Of a stretch of DNA of 64,000 bases, positions 48,730-61,800 are shown in pieces. Made by a program: the position numbers and the translations under genes. Under the pieces are notes generated by a model. The model saw only the letters and a program-made list of their open reading frames with translations. It did no database searches and had not been told where the DNA came from. How positions within the stretch are numbered: the first letter of the stretch is position 1; every line of letters starts with the position of its first letter. Source of the stretch: Hormiphora californensis (lineage: Eukaryota; Animalia; Ctenophora); the NCBI GenBank assembly GCA_020137815.1, contig CM035361.1, forward strand, positions 3,658,001 to 3,722,000, given 5' to 3'.

Positions 48730-49365
48730 TTGGTGACATTGACACCTAGTGCGTGCGAGATCGAGGTCGCGCAGCGACCGAGATCGAGCTCGCATATAGG
48801 TGTCCGCTCCGCCCCCTAAAAAAGGTCGTGACTTTCAAGCCAAATTGCACGTGATCCACTGGACCGATTTACATCCGGTTTGTCCTAATATACTAGAAAA
48901 TACCCGAGAAGTTTGTCTGTCATCAGGAAGTGGGTCAAAATCGACACTGAAGTCAAATCTATAACCTGGCTTCCGAGCCTTTTTGCACCACTCCCAGACG
49001 GTTTAGAATGAATCTGAGGGTATTAGAAGATAGGTTGAACTCTTGTGAGTACTGGAAAATACCCGGCATTAATAGCTGATGCTAATTGCATCAACATATC
49101 TCCCAATATCTTCTAAATCGCATATCATGGGCGTAGTGCAGAAACACTTCAGTGTCAATTTTGCCCCATTTCCTGTTGACAGACAAACTTCTCGGGTATT
49201 TTCCAGTATATTAGGATCATTTGTAGTCTTTTGCGACAAACCGGATGCAAATCGGTCCAGTGGATCGCGTGCAACATCACCTTGAAAGAAACGACCCTTT
49301 TTGGGGCGGAGCAGACATCTGTGTGTGAGCTCAATCTTGGTCGCGCACAGTGTTTATGTCACCAA
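48730..49365. mobile_element. MITE family C (ttggtgaca TIR, 9-bp TSD, Mutator-like)
   Basis: cccataggc|ttggtgacat...atgtcaccaa|cccataggc. Short relatives at ~34293-34361, ~24363-24444, ~26075-26125. Confidence 0.85.
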
Positions 49366-50428
49366 CCCATAGGCTAGGCAGGGATCTTTTGGGGATATTT
49401 ATTGGGCACACAGGTTGTGTAAAAAATGTAAAATAAATATGTATTTATCAGGAAGTGAGATCGGATCCCGATTCACTGTGTCGAGCGCTCGGGGGAAAGG
49501 GTTTTCCCGAAAGATTATCCTCCCGATTATTCGGGGTTCCGGCAAATCGAGGCCCGGTAAATATGTAATTATAGACAGAGAACCCGCGGATATCAATTAC
49601 TCAACAAGCTATTCTCGCTGTTTTACGGCTGATATTTTAGTCTCAAACGTTTTTAAATAGCCAGTATACATCTATTTATTATTGTATTCATCAGCATCTT
49701 GTTTTACCTCTGTCAGAGCATTGACAGTTTTACTTCCACTCTGAGAGAGGTCTTTAGGACAAAAAATGGCAGACAGCCTTATAGTTGTCTTAAAATTTTA
49801 GAGAAATATTTCAACCAGTTTTAACGCCATGATGACGTCACGTGATGTGATGACGTCATATGTCCATATTTGGAGTGGCTCACTTTTAGGTGAGACAGCG
49901 GTACCATATTACCTACTATACATACTGCCATGATGTCAGTTTGAGAATTTTGTTTCTCAATCATTAAGAAACATATGTTTCTATATATATATATGCATTA
50001 TATATCTATATATAGACACATGCACTGTATTATAATGAGATATTTTATTTGACGGAAACTATTTAATTCTTTATCATTCTCAAAATTTGCTGAGTTTTAT
50101 TTTGCTATCTCTATTATAATTTGGAGATGAACGTCGAAGTGGTCGTTCGTTCAGTGCGTTTCTACGCGACAGACTGCTCCTTCATAAAACATTTTATGTG
50201 ACTAAAGCTGTAAAGCTGTTATTAACACTTTTGGAACTTCCAGTGGAAGTTTGTTAATATTTTCGAATGACTTTTAACATGCCAGTCTTCATGGTTATCA
50301 ATTCAGTTGCCATGGCAACCGTTTTTATTGATGTGGAAAGGGGCGAAAAGAACCACCCGGCAAAGCCGGGTGGGTTATCAAAAAGCCCTTACTTGAGGCG
50401 CACCCAATGGGTGCGCTAGTTTGGTTAA

Positions 50429-52616
50429 CCCTTTGACGGCGACAGAGCATATATGCTACAGTCTATACTAGGCGGCCTGGAAGTCCTTATGTTTTATCTA
50501 GGTGGCCCATATTTTGTCACAAGCTAGTTTTAGGGATTATGAACCTGAAACCACGTCCAGATCAGCTCAGAAAATCAAGAAAAAAAATTCATAGCCCTTC
50601 TTAGGAGGCTAATTTCGGCTTTTTTTTAAAAACATTTCTCATTTTTTTGTATTTTGGGGGCACAACTAATCCTTTGAAGGAATAAAAGTGCTCGACATAA
50701 CCGACCGAATGCAAAAAGCCGCATCAAAAAATATTGAAAATTGAATGAATTATTAACATTTAAGGCGCCGTATCATATATGATACTATCGCCCGTAAGGG
50801 AATTCTAGTAACAAATCTAAATTGTACAAGTTTGTGGGTGCTATGGCATAAATTTATGCTTTCATGTGGTATGTAGCTACAAGTTCTACAATCGTGAACG
50901 GTTTTTACCAGAAAAAGAACCCAAATTTGAGATTTGTATCATATATGACACTATCGTCCTAAGGGCAAATTCTCCTAAAACATACATAATTCGGGCTAGA
51001 AAAGGAGCTAAGAGACAAATGGGGGCACTTAAATGTGTAGAATCATCGCATTAGTGGGGGTAGAGCACATATTTAGGTCGCTATCTGGATCCCTAATTGA
51101 GATAATTGGATAATTAGCTAATTATCTGTCCCGCGCGTGCTAATTATTCATGAAACTTTGCTCTGGGAAGGAGTTATGAGACAAATGGGGGCACTAAAAT
51201 GTGCAGAATCATTACATTAGTGGGGGTAGAGCACATATTTAGGTCGCTATCTGGATCCATAATTGAGATAATTGGATAATTAGCTAATTAGTTGCCCTGG
51301 AGCGCTAATAAACGAGACTTTACAGAGTATCCAAGACAAGTAGGGGCACTAAAATGCGTAAAATCATCGCCTTAGTGGAGGTAGAGCACATAGCTGAGTT
51401 TCTATTCCAACTCCTAAATGAGATAATTGGATAATTAGCTAATTGACGGTTGCACACCGTCCACTTTTCACCAAATCCCGTAGTAATCCTGAGCTCTTTT
51501 GCTCAATCTAAGGATCTTCTGGACTTCTGACAACCGCTAACCCCATTTGTATCACCTTTGACTCGTTTTACACAATAGTATAGCACTCGATACAACCCTA
51601 GACACTGCCTTCAGCTCTTTAGAACCCTCTTGCTCCATCCTAGACCTCTCATACATCCAAGATCCAACTACAATCCTATAACATTTTTATATCCTATTGC
51701 TCCTACAACACGTTCAACCTCTAATGTACTACAGTTTCCCATATTTATTGTTTGGACACACGGTTATAGGGGTTTAGGGATGTTAGGGGATGTCAGAAGA
51801 TCCTTAGATTGAGCAAAAGAGCTCAGGATTACCTAGAAACCACGGGATTTGGTGAAAAGTGGACGGTGTGCAACCGTCAATTAGCTAATTATCCAATTAT
51901 CTCATTTAGGAGTTGGAATAGAAACTCAGCTATGTGCTCAACCTCCACTAAGGCGATGATTTTACACATTTTAGTGCCCCTACTTGTCTTGGATACTCCG
52001 CAAAGTCTCATTTATTAGCGCTCCAGGGCAACTAATTAGCTAATTATCCAATTATCTCAATTATGGATCTAGATAGCGACCTAAATATGTGCTCTACCCC
52101 CACTAATGTAATGATTCTGCACATTTTAGTGCCCCCATTTGTCTCATAACTCCTTCCCAGAGCAAAGTTTTTATGAATTTTCACGCGCAACAATTTTACT
52201 AATTTCCAATTACCAACAGGGTCCAGATGTGACCTAAAATGTTTCCCCTAAAAACCCCCCCCTTTTCATGATTTCATTTTAGTGTCCCCCTTTTCTCTGC
52301 TCCTTTTCCCAGCCCCCATTATGTATTTTTAGGAAATTTCCCTTAGGACATGTATCAATATGATAACCCCCTCCAAATTTGGGGTTTTTTTCCTTAAAAA
52401 CCTTCCATTTTGCTTTTCTTTCCCCCCCTCATAAAGCTAATTTTATCCTAACCCCCCCCCTTTTTCAATTGTTTGTTTTCGAACCCCCCCCGGCATTTCT
52501 TTCTCGTGGCCCCCGCCCTTCGGGATTCTTTTTCCCTTTTTGAGGGGTTTTTTTGTTTGTTTCTCATAAAAAAAAGAATTCTATCGAGCCCCTCCTTTTC
52601 CCCCCGTCAAAAGGTT
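50429..52616. mobile_element. piggyBac-like palindromic non-autonomous element
   Basis: ttaa|ccctttgacg at the left, degraded cgtcaaaagg..ttaa at the right; long inverted arms with ~180-bp internal repeats; empty site visible near 57950. Confidence 0.75.
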
Positions 52617-52829
52617 TTAAAAATTTGTAATAACAGGGGCTTGGAAAAACTTCGTCCCCCCCTAAAAACTAAACTGTTCATGGTATTTTTTCCACGAATC
52701 GTGTTCAACGGCCTTTTTTTTTCCCGGCAATTGCCTGAATTTTTCCCTAAACTTTCATTGAATATAGTCGTTGGATCACTGAAATCAGAGGCTTCTTGGC
52801 TAAATTATAGCCGTGACCCTAGCCTCTTA

Positions 52830-52881
<52 letters not shown>

Positions 52882-55800
52882 TTTCCTCTCCTCTTTTTTC
52901 ACCGGGAAAAGGAATCAATGGCTTTGGTTTCCCGCTCCCTTCTCGAGATTATCTGGATTTCTCCTTTCTTTTTCCCCTCTGTCCTGGCTTTTTTTTCCCC
53001 CTTTTTTTTTTCTTTTTAGCTCCTGGTTTTCTTCTCCTCTCTCTCTCTCTCTCCTCTCCCTCTCTCCTCTCTCTCCTCTCCCCCCCATCCTTCCCCCCCT
53101 TTCTCCTCCCCCTTCCTCCTCCTCCTCCCCCCTTTTTCGTCCTCTCCTTTCTCCCCTCTTTTTCTTTTCCTTCGTCCTTTTTCCCCTTTTTTTTTTTTTT
53201 TCCTCCTTTTTCTCTCTTTTTTCCCTCGCCCCCCCGCCAAGCCCCCGGAAGGTTAAGGGGGGGTGGGGGTTGGGCTACCATTTTTCAATACCCACAAAGC
53301 ATACGCTCTCCCATAAAAAACCTCGATCCCTCTATCCTATATTCCTGGCTCTGGCTTTCTCTAATCAAGGCTTTAAAATGTTAAAAAAGTGACAAACGGG
53401 GATGTTTTTTACTTGTCTTGGTCGTGCCAAGGGGCGTGGGGCTGTGTTCTTTTCTTTCCCTGGCGCGGGGGCCGTGTTCCCTTTTTTTACAGTGGCGCGG
53501 TGCCGTGTTACTTTACTTTACAAGTGGCGTGGTGCTGTGTTACTTTACTTTACAAGTGGCGCGGTGCCGTGTTACTTTACTTTACAAGTGGCGCGGTGCC
53601 GTGTTACTTTACTTTACAAGTGGCGCGGTGCCGTGTTACTTTACTTTTAAATGGCGCGGTCCGGTTTTACTTTTTTTAAAAAGGGCGCGTGCGGTTCTTT
53701 CTTTACAAGTGGCGCGGTCCGTGTTAATTTTCTTTTCAAGTTGCCGGTGCCGTGTTTCTTTACTTTACAATGGCCGGTCCGTGTTATTTACTTTACAGGG
53801 CGCGGTGCCCTGTTACTTTTTCTTTTCAAGTGGCGCGGTCCGTGTTTTCTTTTTCTTTACAAGTGGCGGGGGTGCCGTGTTATTTTACTTTTTTGGGGCG
53901 GGGGCCCGGGTTTCTTTACTTTTACAAGCATGGCGCGGTGCCTATTTTTCCCAAATTTCATTTTAGAAATTTTTTTAACCTTTATCCCTTCTCCCTCCCC
54001 CCTCTCCCCCCCACTTCTCCAATTCCTTTTATTTTTAATTATTTTATTTTTTTCGTGTGTTTTTAGTTATTTTAAATTGGGAAATCCCCCTTTTACTCCC
54101 GTTAACAAGGAATGGAACTGGGGGGGTTTGGGTTACCTCATATCTACGGCAAATAATATCTTTGAACGAATTCTCGAAAGAACAGTTGGGCTTAACATTA
54201 TCACGTTATTTTTTAATATTAGCAGGTTTTTCAGTCTTTAAAAACTAAAATATACTTAGCACTTTCCCTTTTTTGAGTGTATGTGTGGTTTTAATAACGC
54301 CTCCTTCTCTTCACACTGCTTGTGTGGAACAATTGTTCTAGCAGTTTTCAAACAATTTAAAATTTTATTTTTTAAATAGCTTAGTTCAAAAAAACTTAAA
54401 ACTGTTCTTTTTTTTTATCACACCTCGTTCAAAAAAATCATTTTAAACCCTTCAGACGGGACACTGTAAAGGGGGGTTTAGTAAGATACCCGGCCCCTGG
54501 GGGCCCCACCCTCTCCAATAAAGCGGACTACATTTGGTAGTGATGAGGGGATCATTTGTATTTACAAAAGGGAAACATCAACACACTTAAATGGGGGTGT
54601 CAAGGGTCTCCTCCCAAGGGGGTTCAGATAGCATTTGCCAGGGGCTCCCCAACTCCCAGGGAACCCCCCCGGTAGAGTGGATAAATCTGGGGCAACCCCA
54701 AAAACGGACCCGCCATCAAAAACACTGAAACTGTGGAGATACGAACTACCTGTTCACAATTTTCATATACAACGTTTTTCCAAGGGGGGTGGGTGACGTT
54801 GTACAGACCCGTTTCCAGTGCAGGTGACACACCCCTACTTCCGAGCAGTAGGCCCGGGGCCACTTCAAAATGTAGTGAAACCTTTAATAACTTTTTTATT
54901 TAGTACGCCCACATTTCTCACTGGGGTATATCCTATAGTATTTGATCTTTGTAGGGATTGTGATCTGGAGATCCCCTCTCGTAAAAAACCGGCACTTGCC
55001 TAAAGGTTCAGGCACACTGTTCCCGGCCCCGCCCGAATTGCAATGACCCAACCAATTAATATTTTCATTCACCCAGGGTCCTGCCTTTGCTTTTTGAGGA
55101 TCAACAAAAGGGAACTGGCCTGCCCCCCAAAAGGGGACAACTGCCCTATTAATGTGTTCCGCTCACGTCATGACGGGAAACGCCTCCTGACATGTCAGGA
55201 GACGAAACAGGGTCAAGTGATGTCCGCAGGTGAAAAAAATTGGGTAAGTGTAATTTATAACGCAGCCACTATGAGGTAGCAATGTGAGATCACCCCGGCT
55301 TCTGGCGCGGCCCCCCCACCTGAAAATAAAAATGGGGTGGGCCCCGCAACCCCTCTGAAAATAAAATGGGGTCGGCGCCGCCAAAAGGGCCCCGGGGCCT
55401 TGTCAGTGTTGTCAGTGGATAATGTATTATTGTTATTTTACTTTTGGGGGTTTACAAATTTTATTGTATTTCAGACGGACGCTGTAGAGTGGGGCGGGGT
55501 TGAGTAAACTTCGCTCCTAAAAAAGGCTGCAAAAAGCTGCATAAAAGGCTGCAAAAAAGGCTGCAAAAAAAGGCGAAAAAAAGGCTGCAGAAAAGGGCTG
55601 CAAAAAAAGGCTGCAAAAAAAGGCTGCAAAAAAAGGCCAAGGGATCCTATCCGCCAGCTAAGGGGGGGTTTAGCCAATCGCCCTCCCCAAAATGTTTTCG
55701 TTCACGTATGGGCTGTATGAACCGTCACCCTCCCCAAATTATAGTGATTCGTGTCACGTACCAAACCTAGACCAAGGAAATAGAGAAGCCCCGAGTAGAG

Positions 55801-58800
55801 AGCGAGTACAGTGAAATGATGGAAAAATCGAATCACGGTATGGGTTCACTACCATGGGGTTTCCCCTAAAGAAAAACGTTCCCCTTGACATGAGACCCTC
55901 GTCCCGATACGTGTTCTCAAAACCCTATATATTCTCCTTTGTCTTCCTATCGATCCCGATTCGTAAGGTAGTCAGTAACTACTGAAGTTTGGGGCTAATG
56001 AGGGGGGTAATCTATCGATTGAGCGTGTGCCCCAAACTAGGTGAACCCCCCAACACTTGGTTCACCTATCATTATTATTGTGATTCCGCCTACTGAATTG
56101 TGACAAGACATTGGCGAATAACGGGAGAAACATATCACGTATTGGCACCGATTGGTCAAATTATAGGGACCGCCTTTCATTTTTTAATTTGAGGGATCAG
56201 AAACGTGATACTCTTATTTTTCGTCATATTCGGATCCTCACTCTCACCCTCTAACTCTCTATCTCCGTCTATCTCCGCCCATGGGTTTAGTTGGATACCA
56301 GCACAAACACTATAATTTGGGGGGGGTGATTCGGGCCAAATCGCCGAACTGATACGAAACACTATTAGGGGGGGACGTTTGGTCTATCCCCGCTTTTGTC
56401 TGGGTGGTACGTGTCCCTTGCCCTTTTTTGCGCCTTTTATTGCAGCCCTTTTTTTGCAGCCTTTTATTTCACCTTTTTTTTGCGCCTTTTTTTTAGCCTT
56501 TTTTTTCCCGCCTTTTAATTGCGCCTTTTTTTGGGGAGCCTTTATTAGGAGCGAATTTTTACTCACCTGCCCAAATGGGGTGATGGAAGATACCCGGACT
56601 GGGGGAAAAAAAAAGGCAACCCAAAAAAACCTCTTTCCCAAAAGGGAAACCAGAAAATTGGGGGAAAGTTGGAGATACGAGGGTTCCTTTGAGAAAATCT
56701 GCCCCCAAAGGAAAATTAAATTAAAATTTTTAAAAAAAAAAGGGGGATGGGGAATTGGGATGAATAAATTAAAAAAAATTTTGGGGGGGAAAAAAAATAA
56801 AAGGAGATTTACTTTACCCCGTTTCATTTAAATTTTGTTTTAAAAAAACCCAATTTTTTACCCAATTTCCCATAGGCTAGGCAGGGATATTTTTTGGGGT
56901 ATTTATTTGGGGACAAAAGGGTTTGTTTAAAAAAAGAAAAAAAATATGTTTTTAAGGAAATGAGATCGGGGGTCCCGATTAAATGTGTCGGAGGGGCTCG
57001 GGGGAAAGGGTTTTTCCCCGAAAATTATCCTCCCGTTTTTTGGGGTTTTCCCGGGAAAAAACGAGGCCCGGTTTGGGGAAATATGTTTAAATTTTAGACA
57101 AGGGGGAACCCCCCGGAATCAATTATCAACAAGCTATTCTCGCTGTTTTAAGGTGCCTTTTTTTAGTCTCAAAAAAGTTTTTTAAATAGCCAATTTTCAT
57201 TTTTATTAAAGGGAAATTAAACAGAAACTTTTTTTACCTTGGGCAGAGCATTGACGTTTTTTTTCCACTTGAGAGAGGGCTTTTGGACAAAAAAAGGCAG
57301 AAGCCCTTTTTAGTTGTCTTAAAATTTTTTGGAAAATTTCAAACCCGTTTTAACGCCCTGATGACGTCACGTATGGAGAAAGTCATATTCCCTATTTTGG
57401 GGGTTGGGAAAATTTTAGGTGAGACAGGGGACCCCTTGTACCTACTTACCTTTCTGCCCCTGGGTGTCAGTTTTAGAAATTTTTTTTAAAACAAAGGAAA
57501 AAGGGGGCAAATTTAAGCCAAAAAACAAAAGACACATGCACTTTGGGGGAAAAAGGGGAAATTTGAGGAAACCCCATTTAAACCACCCCAAAAAGGGGGG
57601 AGGGGATTTGGTTTTTTTTTATCTTTATAATTTTGGGGATGAAGGTTTATGGCCCTTTTGTTTGTTTGGTTTTTAAGCGAAAGGGGGCTCCTTAAAAAAA
57701 AATTTTTGTACCCAAAGCTTTTTTAAAACGTTTTAACACTTTGGAACTTCCAGTGGAAGTTTTTTAAATTTTCGAAGACCCCTTTTTAAAATGCCCGTCT
57801 TTATGGTTTAAAGATTCCAAATTGCCCTGGGGGAACCGGGTTTTTGAGTTCAAAGGGGGGGCCCAAAAAGAAACCCTCGGGGAAGCGGGTGGGTTAAACC
57901 AAAAAAAACCTATTTTGAGGGGCACCCAAGGGGGGGCGCTAGTTTTTGGTTTTTTAAAAAATTGTGAAAAAACAGGGGCTTGGTGGAAAACATTCGTTTC
58001 CCCAAATTTAAAAACGAACAGGGGTGTGCCCTGGATATTTATCCCGCTGAGACTGATGTTTCAAAAGGTTTTTGGTTTTCCCCGGGAATTGCCTTTAATT
58101 TTTCCCTTAAAATTTTATTGAAAATAGTCGTTTGGGTCACCTTTAAAACAGAGGCTTCTTGGGGGTAAAAATAGCCGGGGGCCCTAGCCTCTTAAAATTT
58201 TTTTCCCGGGGGAAAAAATTTTTTTTTTTTCTCTCTTTTTTAAAAAAGGGAGAAAGGGGGGGAACAAAGGAGGAAAATTTTGGGAAAAAAATTTTTAACC
58301 AAAGGAAAAAAACCCTTTTCTGTAGATTATTGGATTTTCATTTTTTTTCTCTTGGGTTGGGGCGGGTTTTCCTTCTTTCTTTTTTAGTTCCCGGTTTTTA
58401 AAAATTTTTACTCTCTATCTCTCCTTTTCTTTTTTTTTTTTTTTTTTTTGGGGTACTAAGCTGAGGTTGGTTTTCCAAAAAAGGAAATCAGGTGAATTGA
58501 AAACCGACACCGAGACACATGCTCCCGGCCCTGGTAAACATAACCCCCCGGGCCGCACACCTTTCCCGCACTTGGTAGTTTAGGGGTTCCAATAAAAGGA
58601 AAAAAAAACGGGGGTTTTTGGGTTGCCCCAAAAAAAAAAATGGGGGAAAAAGGGGGGGCCCCCACCTGGGGGGGGTTGTTCCAAAGGTGGGGGGGAAGTA
58701 AAAATTGGGGGCCTTGGGGGAAAACCCCCAGGTTGGGGGGTGGGGGCCGGTGGGGGGCCCCCCCCTGGGGGCCCTGGCCCGCTTGGGGGGGAAATTTGCC

Positions 58801-61800
58801 CCCCTCCCCGTTCGGTCTTTCCCCGGAAATTGAGTTAAAAAAGGGGAGGGGGCAAAAAAAACCCCGGGTTGGGGCCTTTAAAAAGGGAAGGGGAAAGGGG
58901 AAAGGGGGAGGTAGGGGATGGGGTTTTTGGGGTTTAAGGATTAAAAACCCAATTTTACACAATTTCCCTTAAAAAAGATAACATTCTCGGCTGGCTCCTA
59001 AAAACCAAAGGGAAAAAAAAACAAAAGCGTAAAAAAGGGAAAAAGGGAAAAGAGGAAAAAGGGAGGAGGGGTAAATGTAAAAATTTAAGGGGGACGGGAA
59101 AAAGAAACCCAGGGTGAGGAAACCCAGGGGAAGGGAAAGGGGGGAAACTTTCGATCCAGAAGCAGGAAAGGGAATTAAAGGGTAAAGGTTTTCAAGGGAA
59201 ATTAGGAGAAAAAACTGCCAAAAATGATAGGGGGACTCCCGGGAACAAAGAAAAGGGAAAAGGGGTACTGGGAGAATGAAAAGGGGGTGGGGGCTGGAAA
59301 AAAAATGAAAAAGGCAAAGGGGAAAAGGGCCCGGGGGAACCCGGGAATTTTGAAAAATAGGGTGAAATGGTACAAAAGATAGGGGAAAGGGGTAACTGCA
59401 GGAAATGAAAATAGGGGGAAGGTAAATGATGGGGAGGGAACTGGGGGGGAAAGAAAATAGGTGGGACTGGTAAAAATGGGGGGGTTAAGCGGGGGTTAAA
59501 AGGAAAATTTAACAAGGGTTTCGACTTGGGGGTTAGGGTGGCCGAAGCGGAAATGGCGGTTTCAATGATAGGGGGGAAGGGAAAAACCCTTTGGGGGGCC
59601 CAGGGAAAAGAATGAACTAGGTGTGACTGGTACAATTTATAGGCAGGGGTAACTGCCCCAATGAATAGGTTTTTGGGCGGGTACAAAAGATAGGCCCGGG
59701 GGTAAATGCCCAAAAAGAATTTGGTTTGGGGGGGTTTTAATGGGGGTGCGGAAATGGGCGTTAGGACCAAACACGAAAATTACATGCGAGCAGGGTAGCC
59801 CTGTCAAGGAAAAATTAAATGTTGAAAAAAAAATTTGGAATTGGAAAAAAATAAATCACCATTTAAAAGGAAAAAAGGAAAAGGTAGTTAGGGGCCCAAA
59901 AAACTTTAAAAAAAAGACATATGAGCAGGGTTAAAACCCGGGAGGGGGAAAGAAGAATTTGGGGAAAGGGAAAAGGGGGGGAAGACAAAAGGCTTTAAAG
60001 AAGGGTAATACAGTGGGAACCCCGGGGGAAAAAGGTTACAACGGCAATCTCCCGTAATTGATACGCCCGGGTGGCCCCGTAAAAAGAAATTTTCACGATT
60101 GGGGGCCGATTTTCACATAATCAGCCTAAACCAAAAGGGGGAGAAGCAAGGGGTTTATTTTCACACTGGGAAGGGGGGAAAGGGAAATTTTCCCTTTGGA
60201 TTAAATTACACCTGAAAAAAAGGAATAGAAAGGGGGAAAAGAAAAGAGTTGGGGGAAAGGTTTTTGGTGAAAAAAAAAGGGAAAAAGGGGGGGAGGGAAG
60301 GGGAAAAAAGGGGGAAAAAACTGGAGAACGAAGGAGGGGAGGGGGTAAAAAGTGGGGGAGGGGGGGACCGGGGGGAAAAATGGGAATAAAGGGAAACTCG
60401 ATGCGGGGATCACTGATGGCCCCGGGGGAAAAAGAACACCAGGGGGGGGGAAAGGGAAATAGTAAAGAGGGAATGCAGGGCCCGGGGGCCCTTTCAGGGG
60501 CAACTGATTTAATCAGTATTCGGTCTGGTAGGGGAACCCCTTTTTTCCTTGGGGGAGTTTTTAAAAAAGGGCAGTATGGGTTGGGGCCTTTTAAGGCTAT
60601 AACCAGAGTCAGTCAAAAAAGGGGGGGCTACTTGTACGGGCCCGGGACCTGAAAAGAGAAAATTCTACCCGGGACTTACTTTTCTCTCCTAATCCCGCTA
60701 CTTTCTTAAAAAAACTAACAGAAAAATGAGGGAATTTCCCCCTAAATCGGAGGTTTTAGGCGTACGCGGCGGGGAATGTACAGAGAAAAGGGGAAAGGGG
60801 GGTTTGATGGGAAAACCCATGTTTTTGGGAAAAAAGAAGCTGAGAAAAAAGGGTTTTTTTACAGGGGGCTTGTTTGGGAAGACGGGCCCGCCCGAAAAAG
60901 CACGGAAACCGGGTCACAAGGGGCCCCAGACACACCAATTTAAAATAAAATACAACACATCCCCCTTTCAACCAAATTATATAAAAATATAACATGTACA
61001 TACCCTATATATTTTTTACCCGAAATACACAGACAAACACCCCAATTTTCGAAGGACAAACGTGTGGTTTAATCCGGGGGACTCCGATTTCGTCCCCTCC
61101 CACCGGGTCCCCCCCGACCAAACCCCTCCCCCCCACCACAAGCACCCAAAGGGATAAGGGAAAAAACTCAAATCTTGGGTGAGAAAAAGGGAAAAATATA
61201 AAACCAAAGGGAAATTGCCCAAAAGAAAAACCTGGTGGGGGTGGGGGTTTTTTTTTTAAGGGTTAAAAATTCTAAAAGGCCCCAAAAAAAGGGGAGGGGT
61301 GATATAACACAGGAACTGGAACCCCCCAAACAGGGCGGACCAACCCCAAACCCCAAAAAGGGCCCCAAAAAGAGAACTAAGGAAAGGGAAAAAGGCCTTT
61401 TTCAGGAAAAACTTTGGCCCCCTTTCCAGGCCCCAGTAAAAAAATTAAAGAACAAAACAACAAAGAGGAGGGGGCAGGGGAAACTGGAGCCAACCCAGGG
61501 AGGGAGACAGAGGCCCAAGGGGGCCGAAAAAAGAGGACGCCTTGCCCCAAATACTGGCCAAACCCCTTTCCTTGGGAAACCAAAACCGGGGTAAAAACCC
61601 CTAAAAAATGTAAACCCAAAGAATAAAAGAATGAACCGAAAAATTTAAAATTGTTGGAAAAAAATGTTTTGGGAGGGGATTAAGGGGGGGGTGCCGTTTT
61701 TTGTTGCTGGTCCCCTGGGGGGGAGGGGATAAAGGGGTGGTGGGGGGGTTTTTGGGTTCCCCGGTTTTGTTAGTCGTTTAAATTCCGAGACCTTTAAATT

